Below are positions 1 to 12,272 of a stretch of DNA of 64,000 nucleotides, in pieces (within the stretch, counting starts at the first letter, position 1; each line of letters begins with the position of its first letter). The notes below the pieces were generated by a model that was given only the letters and a program-made list of their open reading frames with translations, did not search any database and had not been told where the DNA came from. Origin of the DNA: Isurus oxyrinchus (Eukaryota); assembly GCA_026770705.1 (NCBI GenBank), contig JANJGN010000646.1, positions 62,001 to 126,000 on the forward strand, read 5' to 3'. A program made the position numbers and the translations under genes.

Positions 1-59
1 TGTTCATCCAGCATCTTTTCTGCTAAACCCCTTTCCCAGTCCACTCCAGACAACCCTGT

Positions 60-235
60 CCTTATTCCTTTGTAATTACACTTATTTAAGTCCAGCACAG
101 TTGTTTCCGACCCAATTTTCTCAGTCTCAGAGGGAATGCTGAATTGTACCAGGTTATGGTCACTGTTTTCCAGGGGATCATTTATTCTGAGATACAGTTC
201 AGAGGAAAACCACCCATTAATATATCCCGTGTCAG
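60..235 (-). mobile_element. CR1-like LINE endonuclease fragment
   Basis: Minus-strand translation PLENSDHNLVQFSIP resembles the SDH motif at the end of the APE endonuclease domain. Confidence 0.45.
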
Positions 236-269
236 TCACACCGTAGCAATAGAGAATTCAGATGGAATA

Positions 270-975
270 GGGGCCTTTACCCCAAGGAAGTGGGAATACA
301 AAGAGGCTCGGAGAGATGCGTCAGGTTATAAATCTCTGCTCAGAGCCCACCTGCAGTTAGTGGCTTCAGTTGTGGGTCCCGCCCCTCAGGGAGGGTATAT
401 TGCCCTCCGAGGGGCTGCAGCCCAGAGTCACCAGAACGATCCCGGGGCTGAAAGGGTTAAATTCTGAGGACAGGTTGCACAGACCAGGCTTGTGTTCCCT
501 CGAGTCTTGAAGATTAAGGGGTGATCTAATCGAGGGGTTTAAGATGATTAAAGGATTTGATGGGGTCGATAGAGAGAAACTATTTCCCCTGGTGGTGGGG
601 GTGAGGTGAGGGGGTGGGGGTGAGGGTGGGGGTGGGGGTGGGGGTGGGGGTGGGGGTGAGGGTGGGGGTGGGGGGTGGGGGTGGGGGTGAGGTGAGGGGT
701 GGTCCAGAACAAGGGGGCAGAATCTTAAGATTGGAGCCAGGCCGTTCAGGGGGTGATGTCAGGAAGCAATTCTTCACACAAAGCGGGGGTGGAAATCTGG
801 AACTCTCTCCCCCAGAAAAAGCTGTCGAGGCTGGGAGGGGTCAATTGTAAATTTCAAAACTGACATTGGGAGATTTCTGTTGGGTCGGGGGGTGTTTAAG
901 GTTTAAGGAACCGAGCTTGGTGGATGGGGTTAATATACAGACCAGCCGTGATCTGATTGAATGGGGGAACAGGCT
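270..975 (+). mobile_element. Degenerate CR1-like LINE 3' fragment interrupted by a G-rich repeat
   Basis: Contains typical CR1 ORF2 C-terminal sequence (agattaaggggtgatctaatcgag; RGDVRKQFFTQ). Confidence 0.65.
590..702 (+). repeat. (GGGGGT/GAGGGT)n hexamer tract with G-quadruplex potential
   Basis: About 110 bp of directly visible G-runs separated by T or TGA. Confidence 0.85.
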
Positions 976-1054
976 GATTATTGAATGACTGGGAATGTCA
1001 GCCCAGTGTATGGATCGCCAATCTCTAGAATGGGAGGATTCCTCTTCTATTGGA

Positions 1055-1340
1055 ATTCATTCAGTAATGTGGGCATCACTGGCAGGGCCAGTGTTTATTG
1101 CCCATCCCTAGTTGCCCCTTGAGAAGGCGGTGGTGAGCCGCCCGCTCGAATACAACTGAGTGGCATGCCCGGCCCATTCAGAGGGGCAGTTAAGATTCCC
1201 CCACATCGCTGTGGGTCAGGAGTCACATGTAGGCCAGACCGGGTAAGGATGGCAGAATTCCCTCCCTAAAGGAGATTACTGGCCCAGATGGGTTTTTACA
1301 ACAATCTGGTAGTTTCATGGTGACCATCACTGAGAATTGT
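1055..1340 (-). mobile_element. LINE 3' end fragment (same family as 21396-22475)
   Basis: Reverse complement of the gggatgggcaataaa / caccgccttctcaagggcaact 3' end seen near 22.4 kb. Confidence 0.55.
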
Positions 1341-1567
1341 GAACAAACTGTGGAGAAATGTCGACTTGCCAGCCAATCAGCACGCCCTCTTCCCCCACAT
1401 CAGAAATGGCTGTTCCCTTTGAGATTGGGTTTTCTCGTGACTCTGTCCTGACGAGGATTGAAACCTTCGACAGCATGTTTTCAGCAACACCCAAGGGGAG
1501 ATTTGGTTCACCTCGGAGTTTGGACAAGATGTGGAATTGTTTAAAAGTCAGGATTGAAATTACTCAC

Positions 1568-1825
1568 ATTCAGTGGGAATTCTAATGGGCAGAGACTGGG
1601 AACTGCCCAGGATACTTGTTGCTTCACAGTAGTAGGAGATTTCCTCATCGAATCCATAAGGAACTGTAATAGTTTGACCAGCGAGCGCCAGATTCATCAC
1701 CTTTCCTTGGGAGATCTTAAACCAGGTGAAATTGTGGACTGCTGGATTCCCGTCACTGGAACAACTTAGAGAAATCACCTTTCCTTTTTCCAGTATCATC
1801 CTGACAGACGTGTTGTGAGGAGAAT
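1568..1825 (-). CDS. Gene A, Siglec-like receptor: second C2-set Ig exon (gene continues left of the window)
   Basis: AG/GT bounded, 258 nt, phase 1-1. YSPHNTSVRMILEKGKVISLSCSSDGNPAVHNFTWFK...YYCEATSILG shows the C..NP..W..YYC pattern of CD22/MAG C2 domains. Confidence 0.85.
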
Positions 1826-2333
1826 CTTTCAAATACAAAATTATCAACACATTAAACACTGAGTGTGATGGAATTCTCTCCAGTTGCCGGGATGAGTGCG
1901 GCTCCAACAACACTCAAGAAGCTCGACACCATCCAGGACAAAGCAGCCCGATTGATTGGCATCCCACCCACCATCTTCAACATTCACTCCCTCCACCATG
2001 AACGCACATTGTTAGCAGTGTGCACCATTTTATTAGTGATGATCTTATATTGATGGCCCCTAACTCTTCGTCACTCCGACAAGTGGAGACATCTTCTCCA
2101 CATCTACCCTATCGAAACCCTTTCACCATTTTAAGGACCTCGATGAGGTCACCCCCTCAGCCTTCTCTTTTCTAGAGAAAAGAATCCCAGCTTGTTCAGT
2201 CTTTCCTGATAGCTATAACTTCTCAGTTCTGGAATCATCCTTGTCAATCCCACTTGCGCCTTCTCCAATGCCTGATTTAATAGGAGACCGACTCCCCCTC
2301 CATCACAAGCATGATGTTCTAATCAATACTTAC

Positions 2334-2621
2334 ACTTTACACTCAGAGTAACGGAGCTGACCACTCGATGGCTGGTTTGAGGGTAGTCGCACGTACAGCG
2401 GAGAGTTCGTCCATGATGCTTGAACGAAGGGTTAAAGGTCAGTAGAGCGGAAACCTCACCACCGTTCTCTGTAATGTTGCTGACCGATGAAGTCAGCAAT
2501 TCACTCCAGGTTAGATTGGGGTGGTTATCAGGGCAGGTGTAGAGGCATTTACAGATGATATGTGCAGGAGTCCCCTCCTGTAAATCCTTCAGGAGCACAA
2601 TAACTGGCTTATCTGGAGCAT
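2334..2621 (-). CDS. Gene A: first C2-set Ig exon (Siglec domain 2)
   Basis: ctattacag|...|gtaagt, 288 nt, phase 1-1. DAPDKPVI...HIICKCLYTCPDNHPNLTW...LTFNPSFKHHGRTLRC has the extra B-C loop Cys and the 'LTF.P...HHG..L.C' signature of Siglec domain 2. Confidence 0.9.
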
Positions 2622-2704
2622 CTGTAATAGAAAGTTCCAGATGTTAACTGACAAGCAGAAAACAATTTGTATTTGTCCTCTGATTTTTCAATAGGGTCAC
2701 AGAC

Positions 2705-3165
2705 ACTCAGAACACAGAAGGAGGCCATTGGCCCATCCAGTTCATGCTGTCTCTCTGTAGAGCAATCCAATCAGTCCCATTCCCCCCGCTCTGTCCTCGT
2801 ATCCCTGTGAGTTTATTTCCAATTGTCCGTCCAATTTCCTTTTGAAATTGTTCATCGTCTCCACTTCCACCATCCTCGTAGGCAGCGAGTTCCAGCTCAT
2901 TACCACTCGCTGTGTAAAAAAGTTCCTCCTCACATCGCCCCCCACCCACAACCTTCAATCTGTGTCCCCCGGTCCTTGTACCATCAGCTAATGGCAACAT
3001 CTTCTCTTCGTCTACCTTATCTAAACCCATCATCATCTTGTACACCTCGATCAGATCCCCCCTCAATCTCCTTTGTTCCAAGGAGAACAACCCCAGCTCC
3101 TCCAACCCAACCTTGTAGCTAAAAGCCCTCATCCCTGGACCCATTCTGCTCAATCTCCTCTCCAC
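2705..3165 (-). mobile_element. CR1-like LINE 3' end
   Basis: LGLFSLEQRRLRGDLIEVYKMM and RRNFFTQRVV..WNSLP motifs, followed by the 3' UTR. Confidence 0.85.
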
Positions 3166-3179
3166 CCAGAAGCAAAAAA

Positions 3180-3595
3180 TCAGTTCAGATCAGTACTCTT
3201 ATCTCGCAGTTTTACTGGTGTTCTATATTATTTTATACAAGACCAGTTTGGACCAGGACTCTTATCTCGCAGTTTCACTGGTGTTCTATATTATTCTATA
3301 CAAGACCAGTTTGGACCAGTACTCTTATTTCCCAGTTTAACTGGTGTTCTATATTAAGCTATGCAAGACCAGTTTGGACCAGTACTCTTATTTCCCAGTT
3401 TAACTGGTGTTCTATATTAAGCTATACAAGACCAGTTTGGACCAGTACTCTTATTTCCCAGTTTTACTGGTGTTCTATATTAAGCTATACAAGACCAGTT
3501 TGGAGCAGGACTCTTATTTCCCAGTTTTACCACTGTTATATGTTAAGCTATACAAGACCAGTTTGGAGCAGGACTCTTATGTCCCAGTTTTTACA
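3180..3595. repeat. 63-bp tandem repeat, about 6.5 copies
   Basis: caagaccagtttggaccagtactcttatttcccagtt... recurs at 3238, 3301, 3364 and onward. Confidence 0.85.
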
Positions 3596-4244
3596 GTTTT
3601 GTCCTCTTGGACACCCTTTCTGAAGCTCTTACATCTTTCCTGAAGTGTGGAGGCCCAGCGTTCTGAACAACATTCCAGCTGAGTTCTAACCAGTGATTTA
3701 TAAAGTTCCCGCATGATCTCTTTGCTTTTAACTGGGTTCCTCAGTCTGTTAACACAAGGAAGACATTTTCTTTCTTCATCACCTCAGCAAGTTGTCCTTT
3801 AATCTTTCAGAATGAGTGCAGAGAGACGCCCAGGTCTCTGCTCACCTACACCTGTCCAAATCATTACTGTCCAATATCTGTCTGTATTCATCCTGACAAA
3901 GTGCGTCACTTCACACGACACTGCGCTGAACTGCATCAGCCATGTGTCTGCCCACCTCACCCTGATCCTGCCCCTCTCATGCCCAATCTCTCCTTATCAC
4001 TACCCACGGCTTTGCCAAGTTTCATTCCATCAGAAAACATCATCACTGAGGGACACTTAGCGATTGCCAGCTTCAATGTGTGAGAGCAGATTCTGCTCTG
4101 CAATTCCACGTAACTCCAGGCTGACATGCTCCAGTTAACACATGGGGATGTGTAGCAGTTGCAGCTGAAGTGGGAACAACAGTAAAGTTAAAAACGTTTT
4201 GATACAAGTGATGATTTTCAGACAGAGCAGCACTCACTCGGCAA

Positions 4245-4740
4245 AGACCCCCCCAATGGTGCAGCACTCCCTCAATACTGACCCCCCAAAGGTGCAGCAC
4301 CCCCTCGGTACTCACCCTCCGACAGTGCAGAACTCCCCCTGTACTGACCCTCTGACAGTACAGCACTCCATCAGTACTGACCCTCCGACAGTGCAGCACT
4401 CCCTCAGTACTGACCCTCCGACAGTACAGCACTCCATCAGTACTGACCCGGTGACAGTGCAGCACTCCCTCAGTACTCACCCTCCGACAGTGTAGCACTC
4501 CCTCAGTACTGACCGTCCGACAGTGCAGCACTCCCGCAGTACTGATGCTCTGACAGTGTGGCACTCGCTCAGTACTGACCCTCCAACAGTGCAGCACTCC
4601 CTCAGTACTGACCCTCTGACAGTGTGGAACTCCCTCAGTACTGCACCAGATCACATACTGGACTTTGTTCTGACATCTCCTGGAGCAGGAATTCAACCCA
4701 TGACTGCCTGGCTCTGAGATGAGAACATGACCCCCTTGTG
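4245..4740 (-). repeat. 33-bp minisatellite embedded in a DeuSINE-like element
   Basis: About 12 units, followed (4645-4740) by reverse-strand SINE head-like sequence. Confidence 0.75.
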
Positions 4741-4775
4741 CTGATAGACTGAGTGTGAAAGGAACTGGGACTTAC

Positions 4776-5132
4776 CAAGAACCTGGAGTTGGACTGGTTG
4801 TGTAAAAGTGTGATCTGTGTAGCCCTCCGCATCCACGTAGAAGTAATACACATCACTGTCTTCAGCTCTGAGACTCTCAATCCTCACCGAACAATTCTTC
4901 CCTTCCAAGTCGCCGATTATTTTAGCACGTCCCACGAATGTGGCCATCGCATAGTTGGGATCTTTGGTGTATGTGATGGTATATTTCCATCTATACCAAT
5001 ATTTATACCAAGCTCCGTGCAGTGCTGTGTAAGAGTGGGAAGGAAAGTCAAAGCTACACGGAATAACCACACAAGAGCTGCTGATGGCCCTCCGAGACAG
5101 CGCCTTCATAGACCATCCCTCTGACGTCACTC
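4776..5132 (-). CDS. Gene A: Siglec-type V-set Ig exon lacking the essential Arg
   Basis: ctttcag|...|gtaagt, 357 nt, phase 1-1. CVVIPCSFDFP...W...GDLEGKNCSVRI...EDSDVYYFYVD shows the Siglec cysteine pattern (B-E disulfide, no F-strand Cys). YYFYVD replaces the canonical YFFRVE. Confidence 0.92.
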
Positions 5133-5164
5133 CTGAAAGGCAACAAGGGAAGAGACAGGACATC

Positions 5165-5640
5165 AAAAAGCAGAATATTACTTCAATGGAGAGAGGCAGC
5201 AGAATGCGGTACAGAGGGATCTGGGTGTCCTTGTACATGAATCACAGAAAGTCAGCATTCAGGAACAGCACGGAATGAGGAAGGCAAGTGGAATGTTGGC
5301 CTTTATTGCAAAGGGATGGAGTATAAAAGGAGGGAAGTCTTGCAACAGCTGCACAGGGCGTTGGTGAGATTGTATCAGGAGCAGTGTGTACAGTTCTGGT
5401 CTCCTTACTTAGGGAGGGATAGACTCTGCATTGGAGGCAGCTCAGAGGAGGATCACTGGGCTGATTCCTGGGATGAAGGGGGTTTGTCTTATGAGGAAAT
5501 GTTGAGCAGGTTGGGACTGTATCCATTGGAGTTTAGAAGAATGAGAGGTGATCTTATTGAAACATATAAGATTCTGAGGTGGTGGGGGGTTTGACAGGGT
5601 GGATGCTGAGGGGATGTTACCCCTTGGGGGGGAATCCTGT
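5165..5640 (+). mobile_element. CR1-like LINE RT C-terminal fragment
   Basis: MEYKRREVLQQLHRALVR..QCVQFWSPY and LGLYPLEFRRMRGDLIETYKIL. Confidence 0.85.
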
Positions 5641-5951
5641 GAAGCAATAAGGATGTTTTACTGCATTAAAGGTGCTATATAAATGCACTGTCATTCCTAT
5701 TGAAACAAGCTCTCTGATGCACAAACAGAAAATGCTGGAAAAACTCAGCAGGTCTGACAGCATCTGTGGAGAGAGAAACAGAGTTGGTGTTTCGAGTCCG
5801 TATGAGGCTTTTTCTTTTGCTATATTCTCTGACTCGCTATTCGCTCACTCTCTGTGTGATCACTAACCCTGTTCTCTAAAATTAAATGTTCACTTCCTCA
5901 CTCCAGGAAAGAATCCAATTCCCTGAGTTCCGATCAGTAATGAATTTGTAC

Positions 5952-5997
5952 CTTGCAGCAAGCTGATGAAGATCAATATCAGACCGACCTCTCCCAT
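5952..5997 (-). CDS. Gene A: signal-peptide exon (whole exon 5952-6011)
   Basis: Acceptor tttccatttag, ATG at 5997, MGEVGLILIFISLLQ+G, donor gtacaa. Phase 1 matches the V exon. Confidence 0.85.
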
Positions 5998-6854
5998 CTT
6001 CAGTTCCTCATCTAAATGGAAAATGATAAAGACAGAGACTTTTTCAGAAATTGTCCCCAGCGTTTCTTCCTCAAACAACAACAACTTGTGTTTAAATGGC
6101 ACCTTTCAGGGAATTAAACAGCCCCAGGGAATAAACTAACGTCAAGACAAGGAAGGAGAGTTTGAGAAGGGACATCGCAAACTGATTCACCAAAGACGGC
6201 AAAAATTCATTGTTCCCTCACTCCCTGTGCTGGGTGTCCAGCTTTATCTCTCAGTGAGTTTAGCCCTCACAATCTGTCTCTATCACACTCTTCTGCTCTA
6301 TCTCTCTCTCTCAAACACACTCATTCTCTCTCTGACACACACATTCTCTCTCTCTCAAACTTTCACCATTTCTCTCTATCTCGCTCTTCTGCTGTCTCCC
6401 TCTTTCTCTCTCTCACACACAAGTACCCTCTCTCTCTCTCGCACATTCTCTCTCACACACAAGCACCCTCTCTCTCTCACACACACTCTCTCTCACACAC
6501 GCACACTCTCTCTCACACACAAGTACCCTCTCTCTCTCACACACACTCTCTCTCACACACACTCTCTCTCACACACACTCTCTCTCACACGCACATTCTC
6601 TCCCTCACACACACTCTCTCACACACACACTCTCTCTCAAACACACTCTCTCTCACATGCACACTCTCTCCCTCATACACACACACTCTCCCTCACACAT
6701 GCACACACTCTCTCTATCTCTTTTTCTCTCTCACACTGTCTCTCTCTCCCTCTCTTTCTCTCTCTCTCTCACACTCTCTCCCTCTTCTCTCTGATACGGA
6801 AGGATTTAAGACTTGCTCATGATTTCAGCTCAAAACCCAGGCAGATTCTCCCCA

Positions 6855-7482
6855 GTGAGGGAGTGCTCAGGGGGTGCTGCACTGTCAGAGGGTCAGTGCT
6901 GAGGGAGTGCTGCACTGTCAGAGGGTCAGGGCTGAGGGAGTGCTGCACTGTCAGAGGGTCAGTACTGAGGGAGTGCTGTACAGTCAGAGGGTCAGTCCTG
7001 AGGGAGTGCTGCACTGTCGGAGGGTCAGTACTGAGGGAGTGCTGTACAGTCAGAGGGTCAGTACTGAGGGAGTGCTGTACTGTCAATGGGTCAGTACTAA
7101 GGGAGTGCTGCACTGTCAGAGTGTCAGTACTGAGGGAGTGCTGCACTGTCAGAGGGTCAGTACTGAGGGAGTGCTGCACTGTCAGAGGGTCAGTACTGAG
7201 GGAGTGCTGCACGGTCAGAGGATCAGTACTGAGGGAGTGCTGCACTGTCGGAGGGTCAGTGCTGAGGGAGTGCTGCACTGTCAGAGGGTCAGTACTGAGG
7301 GAGTGCTGCACTGTCAGAGTGTCAGTACTGAGGGAGTGCTGCACTGTCAGAGGGTCAGTACTGAGGGAGTGCTGCACTGTCGGAGGGTCAGTACTGAGGG
7401 AGTGCTGCACTGTCAGAGGGTCAGTACTGAGGGAGTGCTGCACTGTCAAAGGGTCAGTACTGAGGGAGTGCTGCACTGTCAG
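6855..7482 (+). repeat. 33-bp minisatellite (cagtactgagggagtgctgcactgtcagagggt)n, about 19 copies
   Basis: Direct tandem units, preceded by a (CT/CA)n low-complexity tract at 6280-6790. Confidence 0.95.
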
Positions 7483-8257
7483 AACTACCGTAATTCAGAT
7501 GATGTTTGAAATTAGCAACATGCCTCATCTAAAATTCTATATCATCAGCTCAATATAAATAGATTAGTCCTGTACGTTTCACTTTACTGCAAATTGTTCA
7601 TGGTTTCATTTCCTTGTTAACCAGGCTCATGTGATGACTATTTTTAAATAATGTTTGTTATTTGGAACAAGGGGCCATGCCTGAACAGATAACTGTCGGA
7701 TCAAGCAGCTGGGTTTTTTCTTGTACCTTGCTTCATTCAGATGTTTGCTGCTGGACATGAGATCATTAATGTGTGAATGTAGAATCGGAGTCACCTCAGT
7801 GAACAGCAGCATTGGTTGAACAGCCTGATCTGCAATAAGAACTGCTGAACACAATGTCCGTTCAGAACAGCTCGGTCCCCGATCAGAGAAACAGCCTCAG
7901 ACAGAACCAACTGACGCTGGAATCCATACAATTCATCAACGTGTTGGGAGTTAGTTTGATGTCGGAGATGGAGTGTTACTGGGAAGGAGGGAACCCGTCA
8001 GGATGAACAGCTCGATGTACGACAAGGAAAGGATGAGCTAAGAGGGGTTGGTCACGGACAGACGGAGCGTGTGAAGACTCAACAAGCTAATGGCAGGTGA
8101 AGAGCTGGAAAGGTGTCTTTTCAACACAAGGTTTAGACACAGAACTCGATGTTTGATCGGGTATTTCAAACCAGAGAAACTCTTTACAGGGTGAATGGAC
8201 CTTGTCAATAATCCATCCAGCCAACCTCGCCTGGAGATTAGTCCAATATTAGACACT

Positions 8258-8525
8258 AAACCGAGTCCCCCGTCTGCCCTCTCGGGCGGGTGTGAAAGAT
8301 CCCACAGCCACTATTTGGAGGAAGAGCAGGGGGGAGATCTCCCCGGTGTCCTGGGACCAGTATTTATCCCTCAACCAACATCACCAAAAACAGATGATCA
8401 CATTGCTGTTTGTGGGAGCTTGCTGTGCGCTAATTGGCTGCTGCGTTTCCTACATTACAACAGTAACCACACTTCGAAAAAAGGGTGAACTCACTTGTAA
8501 AGTGTTCTGGGACATCCAGAGACCA
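8258..8525 (+). mobile_element. DeuSINE (SacSINE/AmnSINE-like) 3' half
   Basis: aaaccgag..ccgtctgccctctc..aaagatccca..gaagagcagggg..ccggtgtcctgg..cattgctgtttgtgggagcttgctgtgcgc..ttggctgc matches the Deu-domain SINE body as I recall it. An inverted copy lies at about 27220-27490. Confidence 0.65.
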
Positions 8526-8571
8526 TGCTGTACAGAAGAGATTTGACAGGAGCAGCAAGTGTTTTACTTAC

Positions 8572-8720
8572 AGGAGAATGAGTCCCCAGGGTTGTAGAGT
8601 CAATCCTGTCAGATGAATGTCTAACTGGAGACACTTCAGGGAGCTGATCTAATTCTGGAAATGTTCAGTTTACCAGGATCGGAGGAGAGATGATCTTCCT
8701 CTCCTGACTGCATCGGACAC
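8572..8720 (-). other. Putative non-coding first exon / promoter region of gene A
   Basis: Strong donor CT|GTAAGT at 8572/8571 in unique sequence upstream of a leader exon that begins with an acceptor. The 5' boundary is a guess. Confidence 0.35.
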
Positions 8721-9549
8721 GAGGTGAACTGGCTCTGGGAGGAGGGTCAGTGTTAACCCAGTTTTTCTGTGTTTGAGGGAGATGTGAAACTGGGGATGTC
8801 ACGTGGTTTTTTGGTGTGGTCACTCCATGTCTTTATTTGGTGCAGCACTCATTTAGTTCATGTCATTGTTTCAATGCTACAAAACCACAGCGCATTCTGG
8901 ACTATTCCTGCCTGACCTGCTGTCAGATACACGCAGTCTGACAGAGAGGCAGAAAAGTGGTCCCTAGCAACGTGTGAAACTGTAAACTCGGCTCAGTCAG
9001 AATGCACACGCAGACACACACACACACACACACATTTTCTCTTGTTCATTCTTTTAAACACACACACTCCCTCTCAAATACACACACCCTCTCTCGCACA
9101 CTCCTTCTCTCAAACACATACACCCTCTCTCTCAAACACACACACACACACGCTCTCACGCACACGCTCTCTCACATACACACTCTCTCTTTCACACACA
9201 CACTATCTAACACCCACAGATTCTCTCTCTTTCTTTCTCTCTCTCACACATAAGCTCTCTCTCTAACACAGACATTCCCTTTCTCTCACACACACTCTCT
9301 CTCTCACACAATTCAGCTACCTCACTCTCTCATGCGTACACACTCTACCTCTCTTTTGCTCTCTCACACATTTTCTCTTTCTCTCTATCCTTCTCTCTCA
9401 CACACATACGCACTGTCACTCTCTCACACACACATTGTCTCTCTTTCTCACACACGCACTCACTCTCTCTCTCTCTCTCTCCAAGACAGCAGGTTGGGGT
9501 TTTCAAACCGTCTCAAGGTTTCAGCTCAAAACCCAGATGGACTCTCCCC

Positions 9550-9917
9550 AGTGAGGGAGTGCTGAGGGAGTGCTGCACTGTTGGAGGGTCAATATTGAGG
9601 GAGTGCTGCACTGTCAGAGGGTCAGTACTGAGGGAGTGCTGCACTGTCAGGAGGTCAGTACTGAGGGAAACCCTGCTCTATCAAAGGGTCAGTACTGAGG
9701 CAGTGCTGAACTGTCAGAGGGTCAGTACTTAGGGAGTGCTGCACTGTCAGAGGGTCAGTACTGAGGGAGTGCTGCACTGTTGGAGGGTTAGCACTGAGGG
9801 AGTGCTGCACTTCCAGAGGGTCAATACTGAAGGAGTGCTGCACTCTCAAAGCGTCAATGCTGAGGGAGTGCTGCACTGTCAGAGGGTGGACACTGAGGGA
9901 ATGCTGCTCTGTCAGAC
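9550..9917 (+). repeat. 33-bp minisatellite, about 11 diverged copies
   Basis: Same unit as above. Its flanks (9495-9570, 9905-10090) duplicate those of the 6855-7482 array. Confidence 0.9.
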
Positions 9918-10863
9918 CTGCCATATTTCAGATGATGTTTGAAATTAGCAACATGCCTCATGTATAATTATATATCATCAACTCAAATTAAATAGATTAT
10001 TCCTGTACATTTCACTTTACTGTAAATTGTTTGCAGTTTCATCTCCTTAGAAGCCAGGCTTGTGTGATCACTATTTTTAAATAACGTTAATAATAAAGAT
10101 GTGACAATCCACATGCACACATGTACACACACACACACACACATACACACACACACACTCATGTGTAGGCACATACATGCACATTTACACACAGTCATAC
10201 ACGTGCAAAAACCTACACAGAAACATACACACACTCAACTCACACACACACACTCACACGTGCACACACATACACATACACATGTACACACATTCACTTA
10301 TGCACAGAAATATACACAAAGACACACGCACATTTGCGCAAACACATACACACATGCACACACAGACACATGCATGCATACTCACACAAACATACTCACA
10401 TATGTAGAAACACAAACACATACACATAAACACGCGTGAGGTCCCTCTTCTCTCTCAGGGCTGCACTGGAGTCTCGGTGTCAGCTCCGATTCTGTGTTGA
10501 AGGAAGGTAAACTCCAGATCAACAAGACCCTGAACTGGATGAGCAACCTCCTGAACAGAGAATTGTAGATTTATCCCTCAGTGCTCCATCGATCAAATAC
10601 AATTCATTCCCGTAAATCCCTTGGCAAAATCCTGAGGATGTGAAAGTTTCTTTCATTCTAGGTGGACAGCACCTCTACTGGTGGGAGAATGTAACTGCAG
10701 TTTGACTGTTTACATAGGCAGTGTCCATTATAAATTTGACAGTGGAAGTTATATGGAGGGAAGGTATCTGGAAATGCATACAGACATCAGATACCGAGAG
10801 ATGATGCATGGAGTCTTGCTGTGCACGCTGCTTGCTCACATTAAACACTTGATTTGTTCTTAG

Positions 10864-11145
10864 ATGCTCCACAGAATCTCACATTTACTTCTCTTGAAAT
10901 GATTAATGCTTCATCGATCAATATAATTGAGGGGAATTCTGCAGTGATATTCTGCTCTGTCGAGAGCTTCCCAGCTTCTAACCTGACGTGGCGACATCTT
11001 AATGTCCCAATGAACAGAACAAGTTCCAACAATGAGCTGTGGTTGGTGATTCCTCACGTTACATCCAGGGACACTGGAGACTATCAGTGTGTGGCAGAGA
11101 ATGAACATGGAGCAGTGGAGGGATTCATCACCATCACTGTGGAAT
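10864..11145 (+). CDS. Gene B: C2-set Ig exon, copy 1
   Basis: ttcttag|ATGCTCCA...GAAT|gtgagt, 282 nt, phase 1-1. APQNLTF...CSVESFPASNLTW...DTGDYQCVAENEHG. Confidence 0.88.
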
Positions 11146-11899
11146 GTGAGTGTACACAGACTTCAACATCTCTCACACACACACTCACACATGCAAAAAC
11201 ACTCATGTGTAGACACAAACATGCACGCTTACACACAAACATACGTTCAAACACATACACAGAAACACACACAAACTCAACTCACACATACAAACATTCA
11301 TGCGCACACAAAGACACACACATGCACACACACTCCCTCAAGCACAGACATACAGACATACACACACAGACACACACACACACACACACACACACGCGTC
11401 AACACATGTGCTGACAGACACGCGCATACACACAAATACAAACTCACGTGCAGAAGTACACACACAAGTGTGAGCTCCCTCTCCTCTCTCAGTTCTGCAC
11501 TGGAGTCATGGTATCAGCTCCCATTCTGTGCTGAAGGAAGGTAAACTCCAGATCAGCAAGACCCTGAATTGGATGAGCAACCTCCTGAACAGAGAAATGT
11601 AGATTTAGCCCTCAGTGCTCCATTGATCAAATACAATTCATTGCCTATCAAGCCCTTGGGGACATCTTGAGAGTGTTAAGGGATGTTTCTTTCATTCTAG
11701 AGGGTTAGCAACTCTACTGGTGGGAGGAAGCAACTGCAGTGTGACAGTTTACATAGGAAGTGTCCATTATAAATATGACAGTAATTTTTCATGAGGGAAG
11801 GTACCTGGAAAAGCATTCCAACATCAGATACAGAGAGATGATGCATGGAGTCTTGCTGTGCACTATGCTTGCTCACATTAAAATCTTTATTTCTTTTAG

Positions 11900-12180
11900 A
11901 CGCACCCAGAATCTCTCAATTAATTCTCTTGATATGATTAACGCTTCATCGATCAATATAATTGAGCGGAATTCTGCAGTGATAATCTGCTCTGTCGAGA
12001 GCTTCCCAGCTTCTAACCTGACGTGGCGACATCTTAATGTCCCAATGAACAGAACAAGTTCCAACAATGAGCTGTGGTTGGTGTTTCCTCACGTTACATC
12101 CAGGGACACTGGAGACTATCAGTGTGTGGCAGAGAATGAACATGGAGCAGTGGAGGGGTTCATAACCATCACTGTGGAAC
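11900..12180 (+). pseudogene. Gene B: C2-set Ig exon, copy 2, with a 1-bp deletion (frameshifted pseudoexon or sequence error)
   Basis: 281 nt between the homologous AG and GT. It starts acgcacc-cagaat where copy 3 has atgcaccacagg and gene D has atgcaccacagaat. Confidence 0.75.
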
Positions 12181-12206
12181 GTGAGTTACTGCAAACTCCA
12201 ACATCA

Positions 12207-12272
<66 letters not shown>

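Larger units (their letters stand above)
5890..10140 (-). repeat. Left arm of a large inverted segmental duplication (gene A leader and upstream region)
   Basis: Reverse complement matches 25293-28800 plus 38345-40448. For example, ORFs 7627-7854(-) and 27891-28118(+), and 5890-6102(-) and 40239-40448(+), are almost identical. Confidence 0.9.
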
